Assembly: GCF_001194135.2 (NCBI RefSeq)
Contig: NC_068989.1
Span: 49,224,940 to 49,288,939, forward strand
Direction: 5' to 3'
DNA length: 64,000 nt
From: Octopus bimaculoides
Lineage: Eukaryota
The stretch's first letter is position 1. Each line of letters begins with the position of its first letter. The position numbers were made by a program, and so were the translations under genes. This document shows positions 37,484 through 49,615 of this stretch, piece after piece. The notes below the pieces were generated by a model that searched no databases, was not told the origin of the DNA, and saw nothing but the letters and a program-made list of their open reading frames with translations.

Positions 37484-37640
37484 ATATACTAGCAATGAGT
37501 CTCTATCAGTTTCCATTTAACAAATCTATGCACAGGGAGTCAGTAGGCTCAAGGTATGGTAGGACAATTGCTCAAGGTACCATGCAGTGGGACTGAACCA
37601 GGAATCATATAGTTGAGAAGCAAACTTCTTACTGCATAAC
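37484..37640 (-). mobile_element. tRNA-head SINE (family A), degraded
   Basis: cagtttccatttaacaaatcta...gctcaaggtaccatgcagtgggactgaacc...agcaaacttctta. Confidence 0.7.
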
Positions 37641-37649
37641 TATACATAT

Positions 37650-37699
<50 letters not shown>

Positions 37700-38825
37700 T
37701 AGAAGGCACATGCCAAGATGTTCTACAACATATCTGAAGCTGTAATTGCATGGTTACAAAGTGAACATTTTAACCACAAAGTCATTCAATGAAAATGTAG
37801 AAATCATTGTAAGAAGTAATGGCTGGGCATCTGAAGATATTAAACCAAGCTAAAGGATTAGAGTTCAACAAGAAGAATATTCCAATATAGTGAAACACAA
37901 GAACTAAAAAGCTTTGTCATCTTCAGTTGACAAAGACGTCAAGCATGAGTGTTGGAAACAAGGAGGTTCATAAATAGCAACAGGAGTATCACAAGGCTTT
38001 TACTTACTTGTTTTTATTTGTGTATAATGCACACATTTTTTCCTAGATGATTAAGCATAATAGTCATTTCATATGAGAACCAACTAAAGGTTACCCACAC
38101 TTCTGTTTGTGTGCATGACCATATTTTGAATGGCCTAAAGTTATATTTATTGACCAAGTTAACTGATGCGCAATTAAGAGTCTTGAATCATTATAATGAT
38201 GTTATATTTTTCTCTCACAGTAATAATACACTTAATGTTCATTAGGTTTCATAACTCTAAGGTGGTAAGCTGGCAGAATTGTAAGCATGCTGGACAAAAT
38301 GTTCAGCAGCATTTTGTCTGTCTTTACATTCATTCTGAGTCCAAATTCCACCAAGGTCAACTTCGCCATCCATCCTTTCAAGGATGATAAAATAAGTATC
38401 AGTCAAGTACTGGGAGCAATGTAATTAACTTGAGACTATCCTCCCATAAACTGCTCATCTTGTGCCAAAATTTGAAACCATTAGGTTTCACAAGTCTACC
38501 CATAAGATCATATTACTCAACGTTGATTACTATTCTATTAACACATTGAAAAGTTCCAGAAGTAAATAGAAGCGACAAAATTATGAAATGTATATATGAA
38601 GTGTAGATACATAGCTGTGATTATACACTGCTTCGTTTCTCAGTGTGTGCGTATGCACTGTTACACGAATATGTCAAGGCATGTAGCCAAGTGGTTAAGG
38701 TTTTGGACTCACAATTATAAGCTCATGGGTTCAATTTCTCAACCTGGTGACATGTTATGTTCTTGAGTAAAGTACATCATTTTATGTTGCTCCAGTTGTT
38801 AGTATTTATATAACAGTAGTTGTAG

Positions 38826-38990
38826 GTTTGGCTGTGCAGTAAGAAGTTTGATTCCCAACAACATGGTCTCAGGTTCAGTCCTGCTGTGTGGCACCTTGGG
38901 CAAGTGTCTTTATTATAGTCCCAGTCCAACCGAAGCCTTGAGAGTAAATTAGGTACACTAAAACTAAGGCAAGCCCAGAGTGTGTGTGTG
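38826..38990 (+). mobile_element. tRNA-head SINE (family A), degraded
   Basis: ggctgtgcagtaagaagtttg...ggttcagtcctgctgtgtggcaccttgggcaagtgtctt...gaagccttgagagt. Confidence 0.75.
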
Positions 38991-39039
38991 TATTTTGACA
39001 GTTAGTAATGTAAATGATTGTCAGTCATTCAAGCAATAC

Positions 39040-39230
39040 CATTCATTTCCAATATTCTGCAAAAACATGTCTGGACATGGGGAAATATTACCTTGCATGG
39101 AAACAGTTAAGTGTTTATGATGGGAAGGGTATCCAACTGCAGAAGACCTGCTTCAATATCTTTCCAACCCATGCTTGCATAGAAAAATGGGCATTAAAAT
39201 GAAGATGAGGGTGATAATGATGATGATGAA
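39040..39230 (+). mobile_element. Family B fragment, degraded
   Basis: gggaagggtatccaactgcagaa...ccaacccatgcttgcatagaaaaatgggcattaaaatga, followed by a GAT-rich tail. Confidence 0.6.
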
Positions 39231-40122
39231 TCAAACCTATAGCTATATTGAAAAAAGAAAGAAAGAAAGAAAGAAAGAAGAGAAAGAAAGAACAGACAGA
39301 TAAGGAGAAAGTTTATAATACGGAACCCAGGCTGAGAAAGAGAGTGAGATAAGCAGACAGGTAGATAGACTAACAGATACATACCCTAAGAGGCATTTAA
39401 ATAGACAAATACCAAGAGAAGCACAAGATTTACTGGTACATAGAGCACCAAAAAACAGATTGACAGTGAGAGAGACATATAGATCGATACATTAATAGAC
39501 AAATTGATAGATAAGAGTGGTTCCTTTTTAAAGGTAATATTCAAGCATAAGCAGATTTATATAATTATTTATGAGTTTAATGTTTACCAACCTCGACACC
39601 AGGGTGATGACAAAAATAACAAAAATAAGAAAGTTACAAATAGAGCAGACAATATGCTACTAGGAATTTGAGAAAGATTAAAGTTACATTGAAAGCTGTA
39701 CATTTAAGATTAGTGTCTCCTGCAAAGAAAGAGTAAATTAACAAACTAAGCTCATATAGTGTTTCTGCTGTAGCCAGAGCATGAGTGTTAGGTTGACTAG
39801 AGAGAGACAGTATGAATGAAGAAACATTTGACTGTTAAGAGAGATTAATAAAAACACTTGAGTACCATATAAAAGAGATAATAAAATAAAACAACATGGA
39901 TTATGACCATGGTAATGGTGATGATAATGATGGTAGTGGTAGTAATGGTGTTGTTATTGCTGTTGTATATCTCAGATCAGCCCTGGCCATGCAGAATTAT
40001 GGTCAAAGGCATTGTCCACATGCCTCTCTTTTCCTAAGATAGTATGGCATGGTTTCAGGGAACATGGCTGCTATTTCTAGCAGGTTGAACCACTGCATAG
40101 ATTTTACTTCATTGGTTCAGCA

Positions 40123-40360
40123 GTGATGATGGTGATGGTTGTAGAAGTGATGATGGTGATGATAGTAGTGGTGGTGGTGGTGGTGGTGGTGGTTGTTGTT
40201 GTCACAGTGATAGTCGTAATGACACTGATATCATTGCTGGTGTTGGTAGAGATGGTGATGATAATGGTGGAGTTAGTGGTGATGATGCTGATGGGTGGTG
40301 ATACTGTTTGGTGTCGGTTGTGAAGTGACGTTTGTTATGATGATGTTATGATGGTGATGA
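40123..40360. repeat. Degenerate (GAT/GGT)n low-complexity tract
   Basis: Directly visible. Source of the spurious poly-Val/Met ORF. Confidence 0.85.
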
Positions 40361-41051
40361 GGAAAGAAGAGTGGAAATAGTTAACAAAAAAAAAAAAAAG
40401 AAACAAAACACAAGTGAAATGAAAATCAACAACCTAAACAAGCAAACACTGACAATCACGCAGAGAGGGACAGACAGATGGATGAACACAAACACATATG
40501 CACGCATACGCACACAATCTGAAAAGTTTCAACAACAATAAAATAAACTAGCACCAGGTGAAAGAATGTTTCATAGAAGCAATAGAAGAATGACTATCTG
40601 AAGACTTATGCAATATCTGATCAAGGTGATAGAATATGTACGCTAGGTAGAGCTATGAAATATCTTGCTTTGACTTCTAGCATGGCTTGTTTCTTTTATC
40701 ATCGGTCATTTCTAAGCAATAATTTACATAAATCTCCATCACTGTGTGTGCATGTGTGTGTGTGTGTGTGTATGTGCGTGTGCACATATACATATATATA
40801 TATATGCATTAGATGTGTACATTTTATTATTGAATGACTTATGTCAACTTCTATAGGTGTTAGGAGAAACGTATTGTACAAGTTTTTCTTTCCAATCTTC
40901 ATTCAACTATTTCCCCAGCTTCCCATGTTTCTCAATAATTCAATTTGAAATGGTGGCACTAGAGAAAACATTGAGCTGCCAACAACTTTCACTTCCAGCA
41001 CTCATTGTTTTAACACATGTGCTCTGGTTTTCTCTTTCTCTCTCTCTCTCT

Positions 41052-41093
<42 letters not shown>

Positions 41094-41436
41094 GTCTGTC
41101 TATCTATCTATCTATCTATCTATTTCTATTTCTCTCTTATTTTACAAAACATACATTCTCTCTTCCTTCTGTCTTTTCCACAGTAAGGAAAGTGAGTAGT
41201 ATATCTTAAGTATTTGGATCCAGTGCTCCTCTCCACCACCAATCTGATTAATGCAGAACCATTTCTTGTTCCTCACTTACCAAACCTACATCACAAAGCA
41301 AAAATGTCTCACAGTTCAAGCACAAAGTAAAAACCATCAACTTTTATGTTGCATTTTATGAATTTTCCAGTCAACGCGTATGTATGTACACATGTGTTTC
41401 TGTATGTACTTGCGTGGTTTACACACACATATCGAA

Positions 41437-41469
<33 letters not shown>

Positions 41470-42319
41470 TATATATATACATATATATGCACAAGTTATC
41501 TTTCAAAGATATCTTTAGTAATTTTATTTTTACGTTTCAAAGGGGATTTTTTTTTTTCTGATGTTGAAAAAAAAAAACAAAAATTCATATTCTTGCTTTG
41601 TTCTTCTTTGAANNNNNNNNNNAAAAAAAAAAAAAAAATTCATATTCTTGCTTTGTTCTTCTTTGAATAAAGTTATTCAGATATTAAAAAAAAAAGTTAT
41701 TGATTATGATCAAACAAATATGTAGGCAAAAATCTACAAATGAATTCTACAAAAAAATTTAAAAATCAGTTAATATATTAAAACGAATTCTGATTCCAAT
41801 GAAGAGTAAGAGAAAGCAAGTGGAATACAGGAAAATTTAAAACAGTAAAGGGGGAAAAAATATTCTAACCAAATATTAAATTACAAATTGAAATGTCTAA
41901 AAATTAATATTGTCTTTAATTGAAAATTATATCTCTTGACTTGTAATTTTTATATGATATATTTTATTAAATGTAAATTGGTCTGCCATATAGGGCTTGT
42001 GCCTCCTTCATTAGATTTGGTAGGAATTAATTGAAGGCTAGTATTTGGAAGAAAGATCCAGAGGGATATAAGTTCGGGGGAATACAATTAATGATGTGTG
42101 TTCTGGATAAGGCTTGACTAGTGGCAAATACATCAGGTGGGTTTTAGATATAGGAGAACAGGGAAAATTTAATATGTCTATTAGAGCAGAAGTGGGGGCA
42201 GTGCAGGTTTTGGTAGTGGCAGCAGGTAAAGATAAAATAAAATTCCGTTCTCAAATCATGCTGACTCACAAGGGCTGGTTTCCCAGTTTCATGGCATATA
42301 AATTCCCCACCTAGACAGC

Positions 42320-42477
42320 AACGCCAGTCTGTCACAAGATTATTATTTTTTGCCAGCTGAGTGGACTGGAGCAATGCGAAATGAAGTGCTCTGCTCAAGA
42401 ACATGATGCATTGCCTGGTCCAGGAATCAAAACCACAATGAGTCCAACACCCTAACCACTAAGCCACACATCTCCAC
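42320..42477 (-). mobile_element. tRNA-head SINE (family E) 5' part
   Basis: gccagctgagtggactggagcaatgcgaaatgaagtgctctgctcaagaac...caccctaaccactaagccacacatctccac. Confidence 0.75.
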
Positions 42478-43209
42478 CAGTGGCAGTAGCATTAGAAACA
42501 AAGGAAAGATCCAGCTCAAAAGTATACCAGTTATTGTAAAAGAATTTTTGATTAAAAGTTTGCTATTATAGAGGGTAGTCTGAGGCCAACTTTGCCTTTC
42601 ATCTCTTTAGGGTTTAATTAAATAAGTACTAGTTGAACATTGGGGTTGATGTAAATCAACTTAACCCCACTACTTTAAGTTTTCCAGCCTTGCACTTAAA
42701 GGTAGAAAGGATTACCGTTTTGTTTGTTTTTAGGAATGAAGAAAAGGGAGTTATAAGTTTTAATTCTATCTAAAAAGAAGAAAAAAAAGTTCTTATTCCA
42801 TATTGCCTGGTGTTCAAGAGAATAAGCCATTTTTGACCAAGTAGGCTAAGATGAAAGAACAGATAAATGAAACACTTAAGCAATGCTTAATAACATCAGC
42901 TTTGTTAAGAATCTAAAAATGGAATAATTATTTTAGCTGTAGTCATTCTGAATAGTATCCCATTGGTTCTATCAAGCATTGCTGACTATTTTGTAAACCA
43001 GAAATTTCATATGATTTCAAGCACACAATAGCTGAGGGTAGTGGACAACCAGATTAAGTACCAGCAGTAGATGTCTAGTCCTTGGTATTGCACTGTGCTT
43101 GTGGTCAGCATACTGAACTCTCAAGAGGCCTAGTCTACATGAGGGTTTATTTCTTTATTTTTTGTTGTTCTATTACTGCTGCTACAGCTGAAGCAATGGT
43201 GTTTGCTCC

Positions 43210-43470
43210 TCTTCATCATTATCATCATCACAACATTTGACTTCTGTTTTCCATCCTGGAAGGCTTGACAGGAATTGGCAAGGCCAAAGGCCATACCGCA
43301 TTCCATAGTCTGTTTTGGCTTGGTTTCTATGGATGTATACCCTTCTTCACACCAACCACTCCACAGAGTGTACTGGGTGCATTTTACATGACACCATGCT
43401 TTTTACATGGTACCTTGATTTTCGAATCTCAATTTGGTTGTGGTGGGCAGGTCTTCTTGAGTACAGCAAT
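43210..43470 (-). mobile_element. Family B / RTE 3' end, degraded
   Basis: (CAT)n tail followed by ctatggatgtatacccttc...accaaccactccacagagtgtactgggtgcattttacatgacacc. Confidence 0.7.
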
Positions 43471-44297
43471 GTGTCACATCTCTCCTCTTATTTAACAAAC
43501 TGCATTTAACATTCACCTCATCCCACCTGAGACACCCATCCCTGGCTATGTCCCATGCCTAATCTGTATTAAATATTTTCACTAACCATTCCTTTCTAAA
43601 ATTATAGTTTTTTTTTTTTACCCACTCACACTTTTCCAACAGAAGCCAGAACTGAATATTGACGTTAATTGATTTCACCCAGTCTAGGAGGGCCTACAAA
43701 AGTCATGAATACTGTATCTCCACCTCGGATGAATTAGCAGAAAAGCTATTACTATTACTACTGTGGCAACAATGTATTAAAATTATTTGGTCATATTCAA
43801 GTCTGGAGCTGCAGGCAACATTTACAATGTTTCCTGCAGATCTTGTTGTCATGGAATTCTCCTTTACAAAGCTGACAACACTCACCAATATCTACTTTGA
43901 ATAATAATGTCTTCTTAACTTATGTAATTTAACTCTTCCAAATTTAGATCAGAGTCAAGATATAGCTGTACCTATAGTAACAGCAGAAGAGGTAGTACCA
44001 TTAACAGTGGTTATAAACATTTCCAAAGGACATGAATTTGTAGTCAATTGAACACATCGTATAAATAACTGTGATGGTGGTGACAATACACACGCACATA
44101 CACAGATACGTGTGGGTGTGCAAGAGTGTGTGTGCAGGTGCGTGCATGTGTAATAGTATTAATTTAAGGAAATGGAAAATAGATTTGGTACTAGTCTTTA
44201 TTCAATACAATGATCATTTCAAGCCCTTCTCACAAACTGTGAACATGCATTACTCAACACAATAATTGACATATACCCATTCGTCCAAAAAATTAAA

Positions 44298-44359
<62 letters not shown>

Positions 44360-44361
<2 letters not shown>

Positions 44362-44480
44362 TTGGATTTCTTTCAGTTTTCATCTCCCAAATTCACTCAG
44401 ACTTTAGTTGGCCCAAAGCTGTAGCAGAAGACATTTGCCCAAAGTGTTGCACACTGGGACTGAACCTGTACTTTTTCTAG
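44360..44480 (-). mobile_element. tRNA-head SINE (family A), degraded
   Basis: ttctttcagttttcatctcccaaattcactca...gtagcagaagacatttgcccaaagtg...gggactgaacc. Confidence 0.7.
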
Positions 44481-45000
44481 CAGGTGAAATAACTATACAA
44501 AGATTCTTTCACTGGTTGAACTATACAAAGCTGTTTCCATGGAAAGTTTTGCATTGTCCATGTATCTACCGAGAGCATGTATGTGTGTATTTCATATTGA
44601 TCATGACACATATAGCAAGTAGAGCACTTGGTGTGAAATACATCATCAGACACGAATTAATGAGGAAACCTCTATGCAGCCACTCATGTTGCAAGTAATA
44701 ACAGCTAAATCCCTCTCAAAACAAATAAAATATGACATATTATCCTAACTCAGATGTCCTAAAACTTCTATCTTTTTTATTTTGCAGCACATCTAATAAT
44801 GTGACCAACATAACACGGCATCCCATTTCTACCCTAACCCTTCCTATCCACACCCAGCTCCATTGCATCCTTTTTGTGTAGCAGTCATAAATAAAGAAGT
44901 TGGACTAAGAAAGGAAAAGAAAGATTCTTAGCTTTTATATTTGCAAATAACAAACATTACAACAAAATACATTACATAACAAATGTTCAAACATATATAT

Positions 45001-45206
45001 TGAAGCCTTTAGCATTTAGATTACTCAGTGAAGTGTGATGTTATTTTTTATTCACAATATTTTTGAATTTATCATGCATTATCTTTTGGTTTCAAGATTT
45101 CATTGATGAGAATTTATTTTTTTTTAGAGTGACATAGTAGGCCAGTTTAAACATAAAACAGGTAGGACATTTGGGCTAAATATGGCCTTAAATGATAGAG
45201 GATTAA
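45001..45206. mobile_element. piggyBac-type (TTAA) MITE, degraded
   Basis: Ends cctttagcattt...aaatgatagaggattaa. Collinear with the copy at 59347-59563. Confidence 0.6.
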
Positions 45207-45834
45207 AAACACAAAAACGAAAATGGAAAAAAAGAGCATCACTGATGCTGCTAGAAGGAAACTTGTTTCAGATGTTTTTGACAAATTTCAGCAATCTGAC
45301 ACTGGATGCTTGACAAACACAACTGCATATTATTCTTCACTTTGCTGGATACCAATTTTGCATTCTTTTCATTTGTATATCTTTTATTAAGATTTTTATA
45401 TCTTCAATTAAGTTTTATTAAAGCTGAGAACCTGTGCTCAAAAAGCCAGGTAGTTGAGAACTGGAGCTTTACAGTGTACACTGTGTGCTTTTACATAGCA
45501 CCATCACCAATGCTTTTTATGTGGCACCAGCAACGGTGCTTTTTGCATGGCACCAACACCCACATCCTATACAGATAAAAATTTATTTCATCTATACTAA
45601 TGGTACAGACTTTTCATAAACATGGTTATTTATTTTTGATGAAGATCCAAAAGCTATCAAAGGAAACTTCAACCATTTTGATACCAACCCATCTGAGATC
45701 ACTCCTGTTTCTATGATACAAACTTCCTGGTTTAGAACCTTTCATCAACATTTCTTGTTACTTTGTTCCAAACACAGACTGAGTCATGACAAAATTATTT
45801 TGCTAAATTTTTCATTATTTTCAAAATTAATTGA

Positions 45835-46040
45835 AGTCATGGCTAATATTGGTGTCATGTAAAAAGCATCCATTACACTCTTGGAGTGGTTGGCATAAGG
45901 AAGGGCATCCAGCTGTAGAAACCATGCTAAATCAGATTGGAATCTGGTGCAGCTCCCCAGCTTACCAGTTTTCAGTCAAACTGTCCTACCCATGCCAGCA
46001 TGGAAAGCAGACATTAGAGGAGGAGGAGGAGGAGGAGGAT
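45835..46040 (+). mobile_element. Family B copy with (GAG)n-drifted tail
   Basis: gtaaaaagcatccattacactcttggagtggttggcataagggaagggcatccagctgtagaaacc...catggaaagcagacattagaggaggag. Confidence 0.8.
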
Positions 46041-46142
46041 GAATTGAAACAATATTAGTGCTCTGAAATAACCAAAATACTTTCCCAGAAAATGAAAGTT
46101 TATATTAATAAAATGATACTGGGATTAGTTTGGTACCATTAC

Positions 46143-46215
46143 CTTGTTGCTCAATTTCTTTCGATAAAGGGAATGTTCAGAGGAGGGTATGTAGATTTGT
46201 CCATAGCAAGTGAGA
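46143..46215 (-). CDS. Candidate internal exon (phase 2-0, 73 nt), unidentified
   Basis: Acceptor gttttctatcacttag, donor CAAG|gtaatg. Single open frame LTCYGQIYIPSSEHSLYRKKLSNK. Confidence 0.25.
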
Positions 46216-48351
46216 CTAAGTGATAGAAAACTTTGCACTTTGCAAGCTCTTGTAACTTTTGGGCCTGGCAAACAAACCATCACTCTCATTCACTAAAAGA
46301 TACAAAAATCATTTTCTGATGTATAGTAGCTATCACTTTTACTGTCCAGACAGTCATCATCTGTGAATAACCAGTTTTTTAAAACAAATCTATTTCAATT
46401 GAACTTCAATTTGCGACACAACAAACACTCCAGCAAAATATTGGATTGACTGCTTACAAACACAACTGAATTACAGAGACATTGCACTTCAAGAGAGATA
46501 TCTTTTACTCTTTGAATTCCTTCAATCAAGAATTAGAATAAATATTTAACATTACAAGCAAAAAGAATGTATGACATCGATTTCAGTTTACTTTTATCTT
46601 CACTTCAGGTAGAGTGTTTCTTTTTACTGATAATGGAAAAAGTGTTCATGATACCACTAGTCAGTCTTAGTGGTATCCAAAGGTGCCACAGTATCTTGAT
46701 TAAGAACCTCTGCACAAGATAGACTGTGTTTACAACAAGGATGCCACAAGGACTAGTCAGTCACAGTGTCACCCGATGATTCCACAATATCTGGGTTAAG
46801 ATGGTTAAGAAACTCTGATCTAGATAGACTATGTCGATACCAAAGATGATGACAACTGGAATGCTTTTGATATTAGGTCCACTTGTTCAGAGCTAAACAC
46901 TATTAACAATATCAGTGAGTTCTGAAAATACAATCTGTAGATTTATGGTTGACTGTATAGAGCTTCAAATTGCTAACTAAATGATGAATGGTTCAAATTT
47001 CATAACCAGCATTAACTTTTGCTACATGGAACAGGAGCTTTACATTGCTATATAGAGTGGGAACACTATATCAATAACCATTGCTGGTTCACAATGCTGA
47101 GTTTACATTTTCATAAAATATGTAACATAGGCATGGCTATCTAGATGCTTGGTTCACATTGTAACTATATGGTTTAAGGTTTTATCTCACCGTGTGGCAA
47201 CTGGGCCAGTGTCTTCAAATAAAGCCTCAGATCGGTCAATGACATATCAGTTGAATTGTAGAATCGGCTAATGGAAATTGTATGGAAGCCCATCATATGT
47301 GTATGTGTGTTTGTCTGTGTACTAGTAAATAAGAATGTTGACCTTTTATATCTTGTCACCACCTGAATAAATCAGAGATGTGATGTTTACAATATGTCCA
47401 CTTGCTTTGTACTTTCAAAAATAAATGAAATATATATAAAAACAAAATACCTTTACTTGAAAAAGTAAGGGATGCAAGAGGAAGAACATTCAGCCAGAAA
47501 ATGCTACCTCAAATAAGTTTATGTCCAACTTGTGCAAGTATTAAAAAAACAGACATAAAACAAACAAATGGAGAAGTCAAATAAAATTTTTTCTAATTTT
47601 CGACCATAAAAACAAACCCCTCAGATATTTTGGCTTTATGTGCCTTTATTTCGATATTCTATCAGTGTATTAAAAATGAGTGATAGTCCATCAAATATTT
47701 AAGCCTATCACACTAACGCAATTGCCACAAATTGGATACATTATTGGATACATTCAATGCAATCACTGAATAATATATCTAACTAGTGGCAATCGTTTTA
47801 TTTAATTTCATTCTGACAGTTCTATGTTTAAATCTCACAAAGTTCAATAAAAAAAAAAGAAGTTCCACTATTTATCCTGATAATTCAATCAGCTAGATTT
47901 CTTTCCTTACAACAAATACTGGCCAGATACATTAGCAATAAAATATTTCTATGTTAGAGTGTACTGCTTTTACTTAATCAGAATTGGGAAATTTCTATCT
48001 TTTCAATACGGTAGGTATAAAATTAATGCATTTAATGCAGTTAAATTAATGGATGCACAATGTGGGTGTGTGCGCATGTGTGTATGTGTGTGCGCATGTG
48101 TGTGCGTGTGCGTGCGTGTGTGTGTATTTGTTAAGCATAGATTGCTGACAAGGTTTGATTGGGAATTTCTGCTGTTAAACCACCTTCACAGAGTGGTTAT
48201 ATGGAAGAGCTATTATCAATCAACAGGGAATTAAAAGAGAATTATAGTTAAAACTTTAAGTACATTACTACTGAGATGCATTACACTCTACATTAACAAT
48301 CCAACATATAAAGGGATTACAATTCAAAACCCTAATCACAGACACTCACAC

Positions 48352-48495
<144 letters not shown>

Positions 48496-49315
48496 TCAGA
48501 GAGAGAGAGCATGAGAAAGAGAGGGGGAGAGGGAATACGGTAAGAAATAAGAGAAATAACAAAAAAGGGACTCAATATTGGAGGTAGAGTAAAGATAATT
48601 CAGTCAATTGAAATGAAGCTAGCTGAGAGTATAAGTTTCAACAAATGCTACCAACTGTACTTTCAGTGAACTGTTTTGACTATAGAATGTACAATGGCAG
48701 ACAACAAACCAGAGTAACAGGATGACAGACAAAATGTACTCTTTCAGTCACTGCTCAGTGCAGCTCTTGTGGTGTTATACTGATATCAGACAATGGAAAT
48801 CACAAGGAAAAATTTTTTTTAATTAAAAATGAAAGGGGAGCTGAGTAGATATTTGCAAATGTGTCAATGGCTTATATACAGTGGTAGTTACGAAAGTATA
48901 CAAACAGATTGCTAACACGGCTGGCTCATTTTTACATGCAACCACACATATATTTACACAAGTAAGTGATATATGAAACACTTAGTATCTTTACATTCAC
49001 AAATATCTACAAGAACAATATCGATAATATACCTTATGAAATAAAATAAAATAAGTAACTGATAAATACTTAAAATAAGTTCAGCACTACATGGATATAT
49101 ACATATTTTTCCATTTACTCTGCTTACTTACATATACAGACTCACAAGCATATCTTCACCTACATACATAAATATGCATGCATATATACATGCATACACA
49201 TGTGTGTGTATTTGATATATGTATATATATATATATTTTTTTTTTTTCTTTCATTCGTTTAGGCCATGCAGCTGTGGTCATGCTGGAACACCACCATGGA
49301 ATTATATATACATAT

Positions 49316-49615
49316 ATATATATAGTTTTAGGGAAAATAACCAATTTTCAAGAACTCATCGATGAAAATCCACTATCACATATAGAAAAATTAATAATTA
49401 AAAGCACAATAAATGAGTATAATATAAAGTAAAGTAAATATCATAAGATAAATATAATATTATATTTATAATATTATATCTATCTTATGATATTTACTTT
49501 ACTTTATATTATACTCATTTATTGTGCTTTTAATTATTAATTTTTCTATATGTGATAGTGGATTTTCATCGATGAGTTCTTGAAAATTGGTTATTTTCCC
49601 TAAAACTATATATAT
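49316..49615. repeat. Near-perfect 300-bp palindrome
   Basis: Position i pairs with 98931-i. I found one internal mismatch (49451/49480) and a 2-nt centre (49465-49466). Confidence 0.95.

Noticed and set aside
41580-41667. 33-bp direct repeat on both sides of a 10-N gap
   Set aside because: Typical unmerged contig overlap (assembly artefact). The same pattern occurs around the gap at 63908-63917.
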